Source of the DNA: Tubiluchus corallicola
Taxonomy: Eukaryota; Animalia; Priapulida
Assembly: GCA_030141605.1 (NCBI GenBank)
Contig: JAQGDQ010000028.1
Coordinates: 372,001-436,000, forward strand
Length of the DNA: 64,000 nucleotides
Direction of reading: 5' to 3'
Positions 40,012 through 51,364 of this stretch are shown one piece after another. The notes under the pieces are model-generated. The model did no database searches. It saw only the letters and a list, made by a program, of their open reading frames with translations, and had not been told where the DNA came from. The translations under genes and the position numbers were made by a program. The stretch's first letter is position 1, and the number at the start of each line of letters is the position of its first letter.

Positions 40012-43000
40012 ATGGTTGTAACAAGGAGGCACATTCGACAAGAAGAGCTTTCGCTTTCTAAAATAGCGGCAACACCACAGGAAACTCCTCCTTTACCACC
40101 GGAAGCTTTTTCCGATTATGAATATCGAAAGAAATTTGACGAGGATGCAGCTCGAGCTTATCGTGAAGAAAAAGACCAACGGTGATTAAATTTAATTTGT
40201 GCTCTAGATTTTACAACATGTGAAATTGTGAATAGATTCGCCCAGGCATTCGACTTCATCTATATAATAGTTAACATCGTTATAGAACATCACTGTTCAA
40301 TGTTAGCACATAACTGCCAGGCGTCATGTCAACTGATGTACATTACCTCCATAATGCGGAAAAGTAGTGTGGATCTTGGTGGGAAACCAAACTTAATAAA
40401 ACAGTAGCACAACGCATATTAGTGGGTGTGTAAGACAATTAAAATACATTTTAGCATTCTCTGAAATACCTGTACATTGTACAGTGCTTCTTGGTAAAAT
40501 ATTCCGCTCAATCGTATTATGTGGGAAAAAGTTGATTTTGTAGTTTTCAGTACTGCACTGTTCTGGCGTATAGCAGAGATTGTGTGCTTGTCTTGTCTTT
40601 ACTGGGTTTTATGATGTGACTTCGACTGCCTTCAATCGCGCTAGATGTTCTCCCATAGTCTGCCATCACATGTCTTCTTTCCACTGTCTGAACTTTCAAG
40701 TTTCGCCAAATATGGTGATTTAAGGGGTAGTGCACCTGTTTGGTCTTTTCTCTTGGCTGCCACAAAGTGTAAAAAGTTTTTAGATACAGTATGTAAATTT
40801 TTGGTGTTCAGAATGCTTATTACATTTCTCCTGTCCATTTTCTACTTTACACATTACATTGTTTCTTAGTCGTCTGAATCCAGCCCTATCACTTTACCCG
40901 TCCATCTGCTTAGCTTTATAAAATACTCTTCATCTTATTCTCATCTATCTCTTTATCTCAGTGGTTGTAAATGGAATGTCGATCTCTGCTTTTTTCATCT
41001 TTCTTGGTGTGTTTATTCATGATAGAGGTTGGGTGAGATGTATATTATGTGGTGGTCTTTTCACCTTGTAAAGGTCTTTTTGGCCAATTTATTGTGTTAT
41101 ATCTTTTTAGTATTGTTTTAATTTGTTATGGCTAAAATAAATATCGAATATTTCAAAATATATCTCTGATTTGAACCTTAAAATTGCCCCAGTTTTCATT
41201 AACTAAGTTTTGTTTAATGTTATCATAACTTGTGGAATTTGCAATTATGACAGGCATTGTATTTTTTACCAGATACATTTGGTCATTCATGTGTTGTACA
41301 CACTCACATCAAGCATGCCCATGATGTATCATATTTGACACGAAAGAATTTTTTTTAAATCCAAGATGTAACATCTATGTAACAAAAAAATTTTTAAAGA
41401 TCTTTTTCCAGAAACTTTGCACAAATTTTTCATTATCATTTCTGAAATCTACGGTATAAATAGCACTAGTAAGAATTTTTGACATTTTTTTCAAAGAAAA
41501 ATCATGCATTTAAGGGTAAAGATGTTTTACTTAATAGTTCATTAATTATCTGTTTTAAGGATTTGCTACATTGTTTAATGCTTCTGATTCTACAACTTGA
41601 CTTCTCATGTGTTTGTTCGTTTGGTCTTGATTTTAGAATTAAAGTATTTAGTACTGTTTTAGGAACGTTTGAATTACACTTTCCAGCATCAAAGCAGGTT
41701 TATATATATTTATGTGATTTTCAGGATCACTTGGATTACCATGGTGTCAATTGTGTTTATGACGGCAGTCTTTCTACCATTATCATTTCTTGGACTTCTG
41801 AACTTGATTCTGGAGTCACCAATTGCACCTCAGCGATACCTGTAAGTGCAGTTCTGTTGGTATTCCCACTGCTCACTTAACATCGCTAAAAACTCACTGT
41901 AATTTGCTGGTATGTTAATAAATAGACAGTAACATTTTAATCTTCTACTCTGAACTGTTTGTAGGAGATAGTAAAAAAACATGCACAAAAATCTGTAAAA
42001 CGTAACTGTTGGATTTTATAATAATAACATTACCGCTGATTAAGCTTAAAAACAAATTACACAAAAATGCAAAAGAGAAAAGTGAAATATCATAGAAAAA
42101 TGTAGTAATAAAAAATACAGTTAGAATAATTTCCTGGTCCATTTTTCATATATTGCACTGTGCATGGCAAGAATGCTGTATTATTAACTATTGGGGAAGA
42201 GTGCTGGTAAATACTTGTACAAGTAGAAAGTGAGAATGTATTGATGGTAGCTGTGGGACCACTCAATTATAATTTGTGTCAAAGTTTATAATGTAACGCT
42301 TTGTTTCACTTTTTAGTTTAATTATTATTGTATAGATTACAAGAAAGACCAAAGTTTGATGGACTGCTGCTGCCCAATTCCAAACTACAGGATGGGGAGA
42401 AAATCTATGTGAATGGTCTTACGAGTTTTATTATAAGAAATGGCAAGTAGAGCAGCTAGAGTAGTCTGTGTACTGTGTGATGTTGGACCTATAATAATAA
42501 TGGACCTACAACTGTTAAGTATAGTCACATTTGACTAAAAAGAGTTTGTAAAAAATATAGTTTCTATCATTCCTTGTGTTTTTTGAAAGTTTATCATTTT
42601 TGTGGATGTTGTCAATGATAGTTAATAATTGATTAAAGTTATTTAGGGAGACTGCTTCTGTCAAGTGTTGAACCTTTTTATTCTTTCATTGTGGGATTAA
42701 TGCATTAATATTAGAGAGGACAGTGATGCCAATGAGACCGTGCAACCAATATGGACTGTTTTGATATTTTAGGTTACGTTTATGCTGCAGTGGCCAATGG
42801 AAGCATTTTGAGGATAAAGAGTGAAGCGACTAAAAGAGTAGCTCATATAGAAGATTCTGCAAGTTGTAGTAAGTTATTAAGAGATGGCTTGGGTAAAACT
42901 CTTATTGCTTTAGTTTTTGATTGCTGTATTTCTTTTACATGACTTTCATAAATTGGAATATTTGTGATAATTGCATCACTAGTTTTTGTTCTTTAGGTTA

Positions 43001-46000
43001 TAGAGCAATTACTTCTGCTGACAGAATTGAAGGGTACAGTATATCACCAACAGTGAACACAGTTTATTGCATATACGCCAGTAATGCGAACTCTCAAAAA
43101 AGAATGAACTTTCTCCGTTTATTTAACTAGTATGATAGCTTTGAATACAGTGTACTTGGTTATTGCATATTGCGGACCTTTTATCGGGCCACAGTGCCTG
43201 CATTACAATGTTTTTATAAGTTTTTTGTATCCTTTACTCTTGCCAGCCATTTGCAAATTAATTTGCATTTAAATTTAGCCCCTTGTTCATGCTACTGTAA
43301 AACAAGTTGTTTGGCAAGCAGCTCGTGGAGTTGTTAGCAGTGTCCCGTCAAAAGGTTATTTTGTCTACTACTGTATAAAAACAATAAGTCACCCAGCAAC
43401 TTGTCGCCTAGCTGTTTTTCATGCGTACACTGATAGTGAACTGCTGAATTGTTTCATCAAGTGATGAACCCTACTGCAGTTGTTTTTCTGCGAAAACTTT
43501 TTCTACAAGAGACAAAGAGAAATTTTGTGCAAACAAAATTGTTTGACTTTTAAATGTCATTTACTTTACTGTACATGTTATGTAAATTTATAGCTAAACC
43601 TGTACATGCAATTTAATATGAAATTTTCATAAATTTTTAGTTTATTGAAGTCACATAATATATATTTCAGTGAATTTCAAATATATTTCAAATTCATTGC
43701 AGTATACACATTGCAGTTATCTACTTTGCAGTATATTTCAATATACTGCAAAGTAGTTGATACTTGAGACTATCTCTGTGAAGCCACACATTGTACATTA
43801 TTTATACGATTTTAATACGTGCTTGTCCATCTAGTTGTCATGTACATATGATTAGCCTCGTATGCTTATAGAGTACCTCGGTCATAGAGTACCTTTTTCT
43901 GATCTGGTATATTGCTATAACGACATTGACCTGTTTTGTATTTGAAAGCAAATAAGGGAAAGAGCAGCTATTTTCCAGCTGCATCTCCTGTCGCAGTGCT
44001 TTTACTAAAACCTATGAGGGGTATTATCATATCAAACATTATTGTCAGGTAGCAGTCAATTAGGAAACTGCGGTGGTTTAGTAGCTCTACAGTTTGACCA
44101 GCAAAACCATCTTCTTGCATTAGATGCGAACAATGGATTATACAGAATTCATACTGACTCAGGTTAGTTGCTTACCAATTTGTAGGAACAAATAGAATTT
44201 CACTTGAAAATAGTTACACAGTGATATACTAAAATGTTACATCTTTTTTAATTTATTTATTTTTGTATTTTTTGTGATAGGATATGATGCTAGAATAGTA
44301 GACATGTCTTTACGTTGCTCCAACTACACGAGAACACTTGCAGTATAGTCCATATTATATAATTATGTAAATAAAAATCTAACTGAAACAATTTGTTTTT
44401 TAGGAAATGTGCAAACGTTCTTGTCAACAGCTGACCAGGGACACAAACTAAATTATTTAAGTGGTTTTGTAGTTGATGCTAATGGAACAATATATTTTAC
44501 AAGCATCAGCTCAAAGTGGAGTAGATCATATAGCCTCTATGCTATGTTCGACCATTCCAGTGGAAAGTATGGATTTTTTTCCATTTGCACATTACAGATA
44601 ATGAAAGCACGAATATAATAACTGCAGTAGGTGAAAGAAGTTGTGCATTGTTATATGTCTTTCCAAAGGCATTTGTTATTGTTAATACAATTGTTTTAAC
44701 AGCACTAATGCGAGTGTACGAAAAATAATTTATAAAATTTAAAGAACTTGAAAGAATAAAGTGCATATGCTGCAATTTCTCTAAATTTGTTGCACTGTTG
44801 GACTTAAGCGTAAGAGTTAACCTTGCCAGCTTTAGACTAGTACAAGTCTTGAGTCCTTACCATCATACCTATTTATTTAAATATAAGTTTATTGTTCTTT
44901 ATTTACCATTTTATATGCCACAAAAAATATATTTTTTAATAAAAAGATAAATAAATAATAAAATAAATTATTTTTATATAAAACTACAATTTAAAAAACA
45001 AAAATACATTTTGTAAGACGAATTAAGCATGAAACTGCACAGAATTGGCTCGACAAATTCTAAGAGTATTGTCTGTCATTATTAGACATCTTCATTCGAG
45101 TTTTTCCTCAGAATTTATTGATATTGCAAAATTCGCTGTTTTGTTCAATCAAATGGTTAGTATAGTATTCCAAAAGCCAGTTTACATAAAAATGACATAA
45201 ATTACAATGAGCAAGACAAATTATCAGACCAAAAGTACAACTTGTAAGCTCTGAGCCGAATAGGCGATATGGAATGGGGGGGGGGGGGCAGGAGGTGCAA
45301 AATAAAAAAAGAAAATCATGAAAGGTTATGAATGTGAAGATGTGGTGACAAAGATGGTGAAACGATGGTTAGTTAAAAAGGCGGGTGCAAATTTTACAGT
45401 CTGCTGTAGAATTTGTGCGTGAAGTTAGCCTTGTAAGCTCGCTGACGGAAAGCAAGAATGCGTGAAGTCAGCCCTGTAAGCTCGCTGACGGAAAGCAAGA
45501 ATGCAGCCAACTCAGCTAATTTGCCTGTTTTTATAAAATAATGTGAGTGCCAAAAGTCTTGGTGACATGCATGCAGGTGTTTATCAAATCTTTAATGTAC
45601 CATTTTTATCTGGTATTACAAAACAGTAATTCTGTAAGAACTTCCTTTTTGTATTAAAAATTGATTTCACGACTGTAGTTTAATCATGTCATTAACTTAA
45701 TTAACTTAAGGTATTAACAAAAATGTTAGCTTTCTGTAATTTCTTCATGAATTTGTTGTAGTTTGTACAGTGTTACTTCAACTGGAGATGTAACACAGTT
45801 GCCCCAGTGCCACTGCCCTAGCAGCATTGCCTGGTATGCAGATCCTGTAACCACGGTAACAAATTCTCTTCTAATCGCAGAACTGCCAAAAGCTAGAATT
45901 AGACGGTAAGTGATTATTATCAAACTTACTCCATGTATGCCATCTGAAAAATATGTAGATTGTAGATTGTATTGTAAAAATTCTAATATCCACAATCTAA

Positions 46001-48904
46001 ACTGTTAACAATGCAGGAACAGAAATATGTCTTTTTTTGCATTTTAAATATGAAATGGAGTAAGCTTAGCTTAATAAAGAGATGTAATTAACAACTTATA
46101 TTTGTACATGTTATCTTTCTGCTGATGCTCCAGTATTGAGGGTATAGCAAAAACTGCTTTGCATTCTGCGAGCAGCCAAGATTGTTTTTGCTTGGTTGTT
46201 GAGCAATATCGCATCCTTGCACGGGTACACTGCAGCAGAATTTATGCCAAAGATACTCAGCATAATTAATATGCTATTTAAATAATGTGCTAGCTATGGC
46301 CAGCGATCAGTGGTATTGTGTATTAACCCATGGTCGATAGTTGAACTTCTTATTATGTCAATTGTCTTCTCAATTTAATGTAAATGTTTTCATTCTTTGC
46401 AGCACATTCTTTACCTTGCATACTGCCATCATTATTTTAGTATTGCTTATTATTTATTTATTATTAATTATTTTTGCCAGTTTTATGTGTCAGAGGAGCA
46501 ATAGAGCACTTATGTCAAAGAGCAAATATCCAAGCAGTTAAAGCAATTAAAGTGTAACTAGATTAGCTTCATTGCTCTGCTAACACAGCTCTTGATATTT
46601 GGCAAAAGAGACTGAATTATTGCTACATGTGCCGCAATGGACTACACAATGATATCAGTGATTTTGTAATAATTTATTGGATCTTCAAATGCAAAGTTTG
46701 CTAATGTTATGTGAGGTCAAAGTTTATATCATTCACAATAACAAAACTAGAGTTATAAGTTTGATAATCAAGTCATGTTAGCATACCTGAAAAATTAACT
46801 CACTCTTTCAGATATTATATTCAGTCAGAACTGAAAACACACAGAGCAAATTTCGGGATTTTTGCTGAAAACTTGCCTGGATTACCGTCTGCAATTTCGC
46901 CGAGTAGCACGGGTGGCTACTGGGTTGGGTTTTATGCTATTCGTAGAGCGGAGTGGTTCTCAGCTGTGGACCTGCTGTCAACCAAGACATCTTTATCTAA
47001 AGTATTAAGCAAGGTGGGTAATATTGCATCTCTAATCCGATCATAAGTTTGTCCTGACATGGCTGTCTCCTATAGTAACATTTTCAAATTCAAAAGGTCT
47101 GGACAGTTTTGCGAATCAATTTACAATTAGTCCTGTTTTAATGACTCCATGTTAATAAAGGGAGTTAACAAACATGTCGATAAAAGAAGCCATTCTTAAT
47201 ATGTGGATGTGGAATGATGGGCTGAGTTATTTTTTCAATTTGCAATGTAAAGGCACACGTGTCATTAGAGGTGTCAGTCTTGCAAATTACTACTTATTAA
47301 CTATTTTTGTGCATAGCTTATTTTTGTGGATAGCTAACACTTAAGTGAGTGGATGGCTCACTTGCTTGTGGAACTAGAACATGCTCCAAAAGTGAGCTTT
47401 TTATCACTTTGAATCAGGACCGGCTATACCACTAGCAAACTAGGCAGTTGCCAATTTCTTGAAGTAATTCATTAAGTTTTAAGTTTAGTAGCATAGTGTA
47501 TGTGTAATTTCATAAGTGCACAACACTAATTAAATGAAATGAACAAGTTGCATTATTTTCCTGTTAAAAGGTATGAGTCATACATGCGTCATCGTTGTCG
47601 TCATCATCAGCATCGTCGCCTTATTATTATTTCCTCTTCCCCTTTTTTCTCCCTTTCCTCTGTTTTTCTCCTTGTCATTTGTGGGGCAATCCTCGTGCCA
47701 TCACCTTCCATTTCTTCTTTTCTGGTGACAGCAGGAATTTATTACCCTCCAAGATTTCTCTTTCCTTAGAAAAGAATTTTTATGGATTACCTGCAGTGAT
47801 AGTAACATATCTGTCCAACTAAAATTTAAAATAATTTTGATGTACGTGTAATTCCAAAATGCATGCTGCAGTTACAGTATTTCTTTCTTTGTAACTTTAT
47901 TTGCTGCAATAACGTGTGTACTAAAAACAAACTTTAACCTGTGGCTATAACAGCCCAATTGAAAAGTCTAGTCAAATCCTATGCCACTGCTTTCCTGCAG
48001 CAAAACATTCCATTTTTGCTTTATCTGGTATCCCAAAACAAAATTGGGAGCTTGGTCGTGGAAATGGTTGACCGTTGAGGAGGGGGTCCTAAAAATACTT
48101 TTGCTTAGGGCATCAAATTACCTAGAGCCAATCCTGCTTTGCATTAATTTATCGCACTATTTTCACGTTTGAGCTTCGAGACTTTCCTACACACATTATC
48201 GCTGGCACAGGTGAACTGTGTCTGCTTTCCAAAGGTGTTATTGAGTTGTTACAAACGTTTTGGCTCACTTGATTCTTCACGTGATTTTTTACCATTCAGA
48301 TAAACATTGGGCTTCAGTACTCATAATATACAGACTTTTAAAACGTGCTACTTTTAATACATTGAAAGAACTGTTTGTTTGCTTAATGGATATTGAATTC
48401 TTGTTTAGCTGAGCTTCACATTCACACATCTATTTATGACAAACTAACAGTGAGTCATAAAGTTTCATTTCACGTTTCTTAGCAAATTTTATTTTTCATC
48501 ATTAAGTGTATCAAAAGTTCTGATTGGTCGAATTTTACTAACATTAGCTGCAACACTAGTGGCTGGCATTTCAACGGCAATTCGCATGGGAACATGTACT
48601 CACTCCATAGAACTCAATTGCTGAAATTCTCATTTCAACTTATTTAATGATATCAAGTTCGCGGAAAAGTTGTTTTAAATGGGAAATATTCTTATTTCAG
48701 TTTCTTCCTCGCAGTATGCTTCACTGGTTAGCTTTCCACAAATATGGGTTGGTGGTAAAACTAGACGAAGATGGCAACATTATACACAGTTTACATGATG
48801 CTACGGGTTATACAGTATCCTCAGTACATGCACTACAGGAAGCCGACGGATATTTGTATGTTTTTGATCAAAGCAAAAATTATATTGTAAAAATTAAATT
48901 ATGA
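40012..48904 (+). CDS. APMAP/hemomucin/strictosidine-synthase-like type II membrane beta-propeller protein, divergent (9 coding exons)
   Basis: Exons 40012-40181, 41725-41841, 42336-42442, 42773-42868, 44049-44162, 44404-44566, 45762-45905, 46812-47013, 48701-48904, phase-consistent. N-terminal TM then ESPIAP, LLPNSKL, LDANNGLY, GTIYFT..SSKW, FAENLPGLP...GGYWVG, YGLVVKLDEDGNIIHSLHD. Confidence 0.85.
40640..40900 (-). mobile_element. LINE ORF2 internal fragment in an intron
   Basis: Minus-strand KNFLHFVAAKRKDQTGALPLK resembles the KxFWxYxKxKRKxxxGIxPL segment of CR1-type ORF2. Confidence 0.45.
45417..45504. repeat. Tandem duplication of a ~43-bp unit
   Basis: gcgtgaagt(t/c)agcc(t/c)tgtaagctcgctgacggaaagcaagaat occurs twice in tandem. 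Confidence 0.85.
47415..48136. mobile_element. hAT-type MITE in an APMAP-like intron
   Basis: TIRs CAGGACCGGCT / AGCCAATCCTG (9/11); 8-bp flanks CTTTGAAT / CTTTGCAT (7/8). Confidence 0.65.
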
Positions 48905-49149
48905 TATCAAAATTAATGTTAAATAAATTTTTCTATTTGTACTACAATAATAATTATTTAGCATTTTTCTGAGTTGTTTTGTTAAAAAAGTATAATTTGT
49001 CATTGATTGAGGCATTATTTGGCAGATGCAATAAGAGTAATTCTGAAAAAGGTTCGGGCAATTCTCTCAATTGCTCAGAGTAAGAATGAAATTCTAAAAA
49101 TGCTTAATAAATCTACCTACAATCAAACCTTCTACTTCGGGACTCCAGA

Positions 49150-49950
49150 AAGTTGGCATTACGCGATTTTGGTATTATAATGAGGTCATTAATGCATACA
49201 TCTACGAAAATGTAGACATTTTGTTTTGCCAAAATTTAGGCATTAAGCGAGGTTGGTGGTTATAAAGAAGGGCATTCTAAGGACATTTAACTGTATATTA
49301 TTAATTCTCCGGGTGCACTTATATCTGTCTTGATATGTATGTGCATATCATACCTAATTTTCTCGGCTACCACTGAACCATTTGCGTCAAATTATATATC
49401 AAACGAATATATCTGACCCTCCTGGAGTCCCACAAGGAGCTCATTTCTCGATCTGGGCGGACTACAAGGAATGAGGAAGCGAAGTCCACAAGAATTCCTT
49501 TCGGCATTGTCTTTCCTGGACCCACCTACCAGATTTGTTCCACATTTTCATGGTGCACCATATAGAAAAAATGCAGTACTTCACGAGGGTCTTTGAAGTA
49601 GTTTTATAATTCTGAAAGACTCTGAACTGGGCACCATGATGATGAGGGTCTCTTTTACAAACACCAATATAACAAAATCAACTTGCTAAAATAAGTACCA
49701 AAGTACGACAACTGAAGTTATTTTTAGTTATCTCTAAAACCAGTAATAATGTGATTTATGTTAATTACTCTTAATTAGTGCTTTGATTAATATGTTTCTA
49801 GACTCATCATCCTCTATAAATGCAATCGAGATCAAGAAACAACAATAACAATTGAACATTCCTTTATTCAATTTTTCTATTACAAGCACAAGCAAAAATT
49901 TCACGCTATTATCACAGGACGAACTTTCTACATATTCACATCATTTTGTT
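49150..49950 (+). mobile_element. Highly degenerate LINE RT relic left of the viral array
   Basis: PGVPQGAH remnant (RT GVPQGS motif) at ~49420-49445; the rest is fragmentary and the boundaries are approximate. Confidence 0.4.
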
Positions 49951-50353
49951 CATTTAATAACTAATATTAACAACTTATGTTAGAATTGTGTAGTTCTTAA
50001 CAAGGTTATAACCTTTCTTAGACATGGTAATTGACTAAAAAAATTTAGTTGATAGAAAGATATTTGAGAAATGTTATAACAATATGACAAGCGCAAATGG
50101 TATAGAAACATGCTACCAATTTAGACTGAATTTGCAATATAAGTCTTGACCAAATCCAGTTCAATTACACCCTGCAAATAAGACGCAAATCTGCAGCAAA
50201 GACTCGCAAAACAACAAACTTTCAAATCTTATTTTGCATGACCACTGTCCTTTAGACAATTTATATCAATAGCCATCACGTTGAACTATGTCAGTGTTTA
50301 AGAATTTTTGTTTTAGAGCTAGAACAAGTACAGAGCCCAGTTTCGAGGTCAAA

Positions 50354-51364
50354 ATGGAATATTATAGTTTTATAGTCTTTTTGAGCCTACTGGCACTCAG
50401 CCAGGAGACCATCATAAGCGTCAACAGCATCATTCCTCAATTGTCGCAAGACATAATATACAAGCACCAAGACGCCTTGGCGACCTATGGAATCACAATA
50501 ACGGAGCCAAAACCAATCGGTTACCAGGTTGCACAGTCCTTCAAGGTAGTCAAGATTGAAATGTCTAAGGCTTGGAATGTACACTACAACCTTTTCCAAG
50601 ACAAAAGCAAAGACAACTCTTCGAATTACACAAACAGGAAAAAGAGATTTTTGGGCTTGATCATGTCAACTGCAGCCATGGCAGAAGCGACGGCCGCCTT
50701 GGCCCTTGGGGCACCAAATCGTGCTGAAATTAACTCGTTAAATGCAAAAATGAGTGAGTTAAGAAAAAACCAGGGAATTATAGCTCATGAGGTGCAGATT
50801 GCAAACAAAGAAATTGGAATCTTGGGGCACAACTTGGAGGAATTAGAAAGAGTAGTGGGAAAATTACATACTGAGTTATACAATCTGATGTTAGCTCACT
50901 CCAATGATATGAAAAGGCTCCATGACTACCTGAACTCCATCAGATACGGGCACGGTTTACAGTCTATAACTTCCACAAAAATAGACCCTTTATTGATTAG
51001 TCCGACACAGTTTGATTCTCTAATGTCAAACAAAGAAAATAATATCCCATTATCGTATGGGGCTAGCAGGGCGATCGTTATCAGATCCGAACCACAACAA
51101 TTATGGATGTTGATCAACGTGAGGGAGATTGTTCAGGTTCCAGGGAAAGTACATGTCACAACCCAAAATGTACCAATCAACCAGAATGTGGGAAGGAACA
51201 AATGCTGCTCACCAATCGAGTGCAGAAATACTTGGGAGTATCATGACATCAGGTCAGGTGGTATCGGAAAAATCCGGTCACCCCCTTGTTGGCTACATTC
51301 TCAGCCTGGTGGATTCTTGGTTATTTCTGTTATCAGAGTGGCCAAAGTGGAAGAGAATAGATAA
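50354..51364 (+). CDS. Endogenous viral class I fusion (F-like) glycoprotein, N-terminal half, copy 1 (336 aa, no TM anchor)
   Basis: Signal peptide MEYYSFIVFLSLLALSQE, sequons NSS and NYT, furin site RKKR, then a hydrophobic fusion peptide FLGLIMSTAAMAEATAALALG and a long heptad repeat, followed by a Cys-containing segment. The frame ends just past the junction with L. Confidence 0.75.
   Translation: MEYYSFIVFLSLLALSQETIISVNSIIPQLSQDIIYKHQDALATYGITITEPKPIGYQVAQSFKVVKIEMSKAWNVHYNLFQDKSKDNSSNYTNRKKRFLGLIMSTAAMAEATAALALGAPNRAEINSLNAKMSELRKNQGIIAHEVQIANKEIGILGHNLEELERVVGKLHTELYNLMLAHSNDMKRLHDYLNSIRYGHGLQSITSTKIDPLLISPTQFDSLMSNKENNIPLSYGASRAIVIRSEPQQLWMLINVREIVQVPGKVHVTTQNVPINQNVGRNKCCSPIECRNTWEYHDIRSGGIGKIRSPPCWLHSQPGGFLVISVIRVAKVEENR

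Noticed and set aside
50310-50324. GTTTTAGAGCTAGAA, identical to the first 15 nt of the SpCas9 sgRNA scaffold, at the left edge of the viral array
   Set aside because: The match stops after 15 nt (continues CAAGTAC, not ATAGCAAG), is single-copy, and has no tracr, promoter or vector context. Best read as coincidence in AT-rich DNA overlapping a splice-acceptor-like tract.
50288-50353. Upstream ATG giving a 358-aa version of the glycoprotein
   Set aside because: The extra 22 codons precede a clear signal peptide starting at ATG 50354 and probably derive from flank/UTR sequence.
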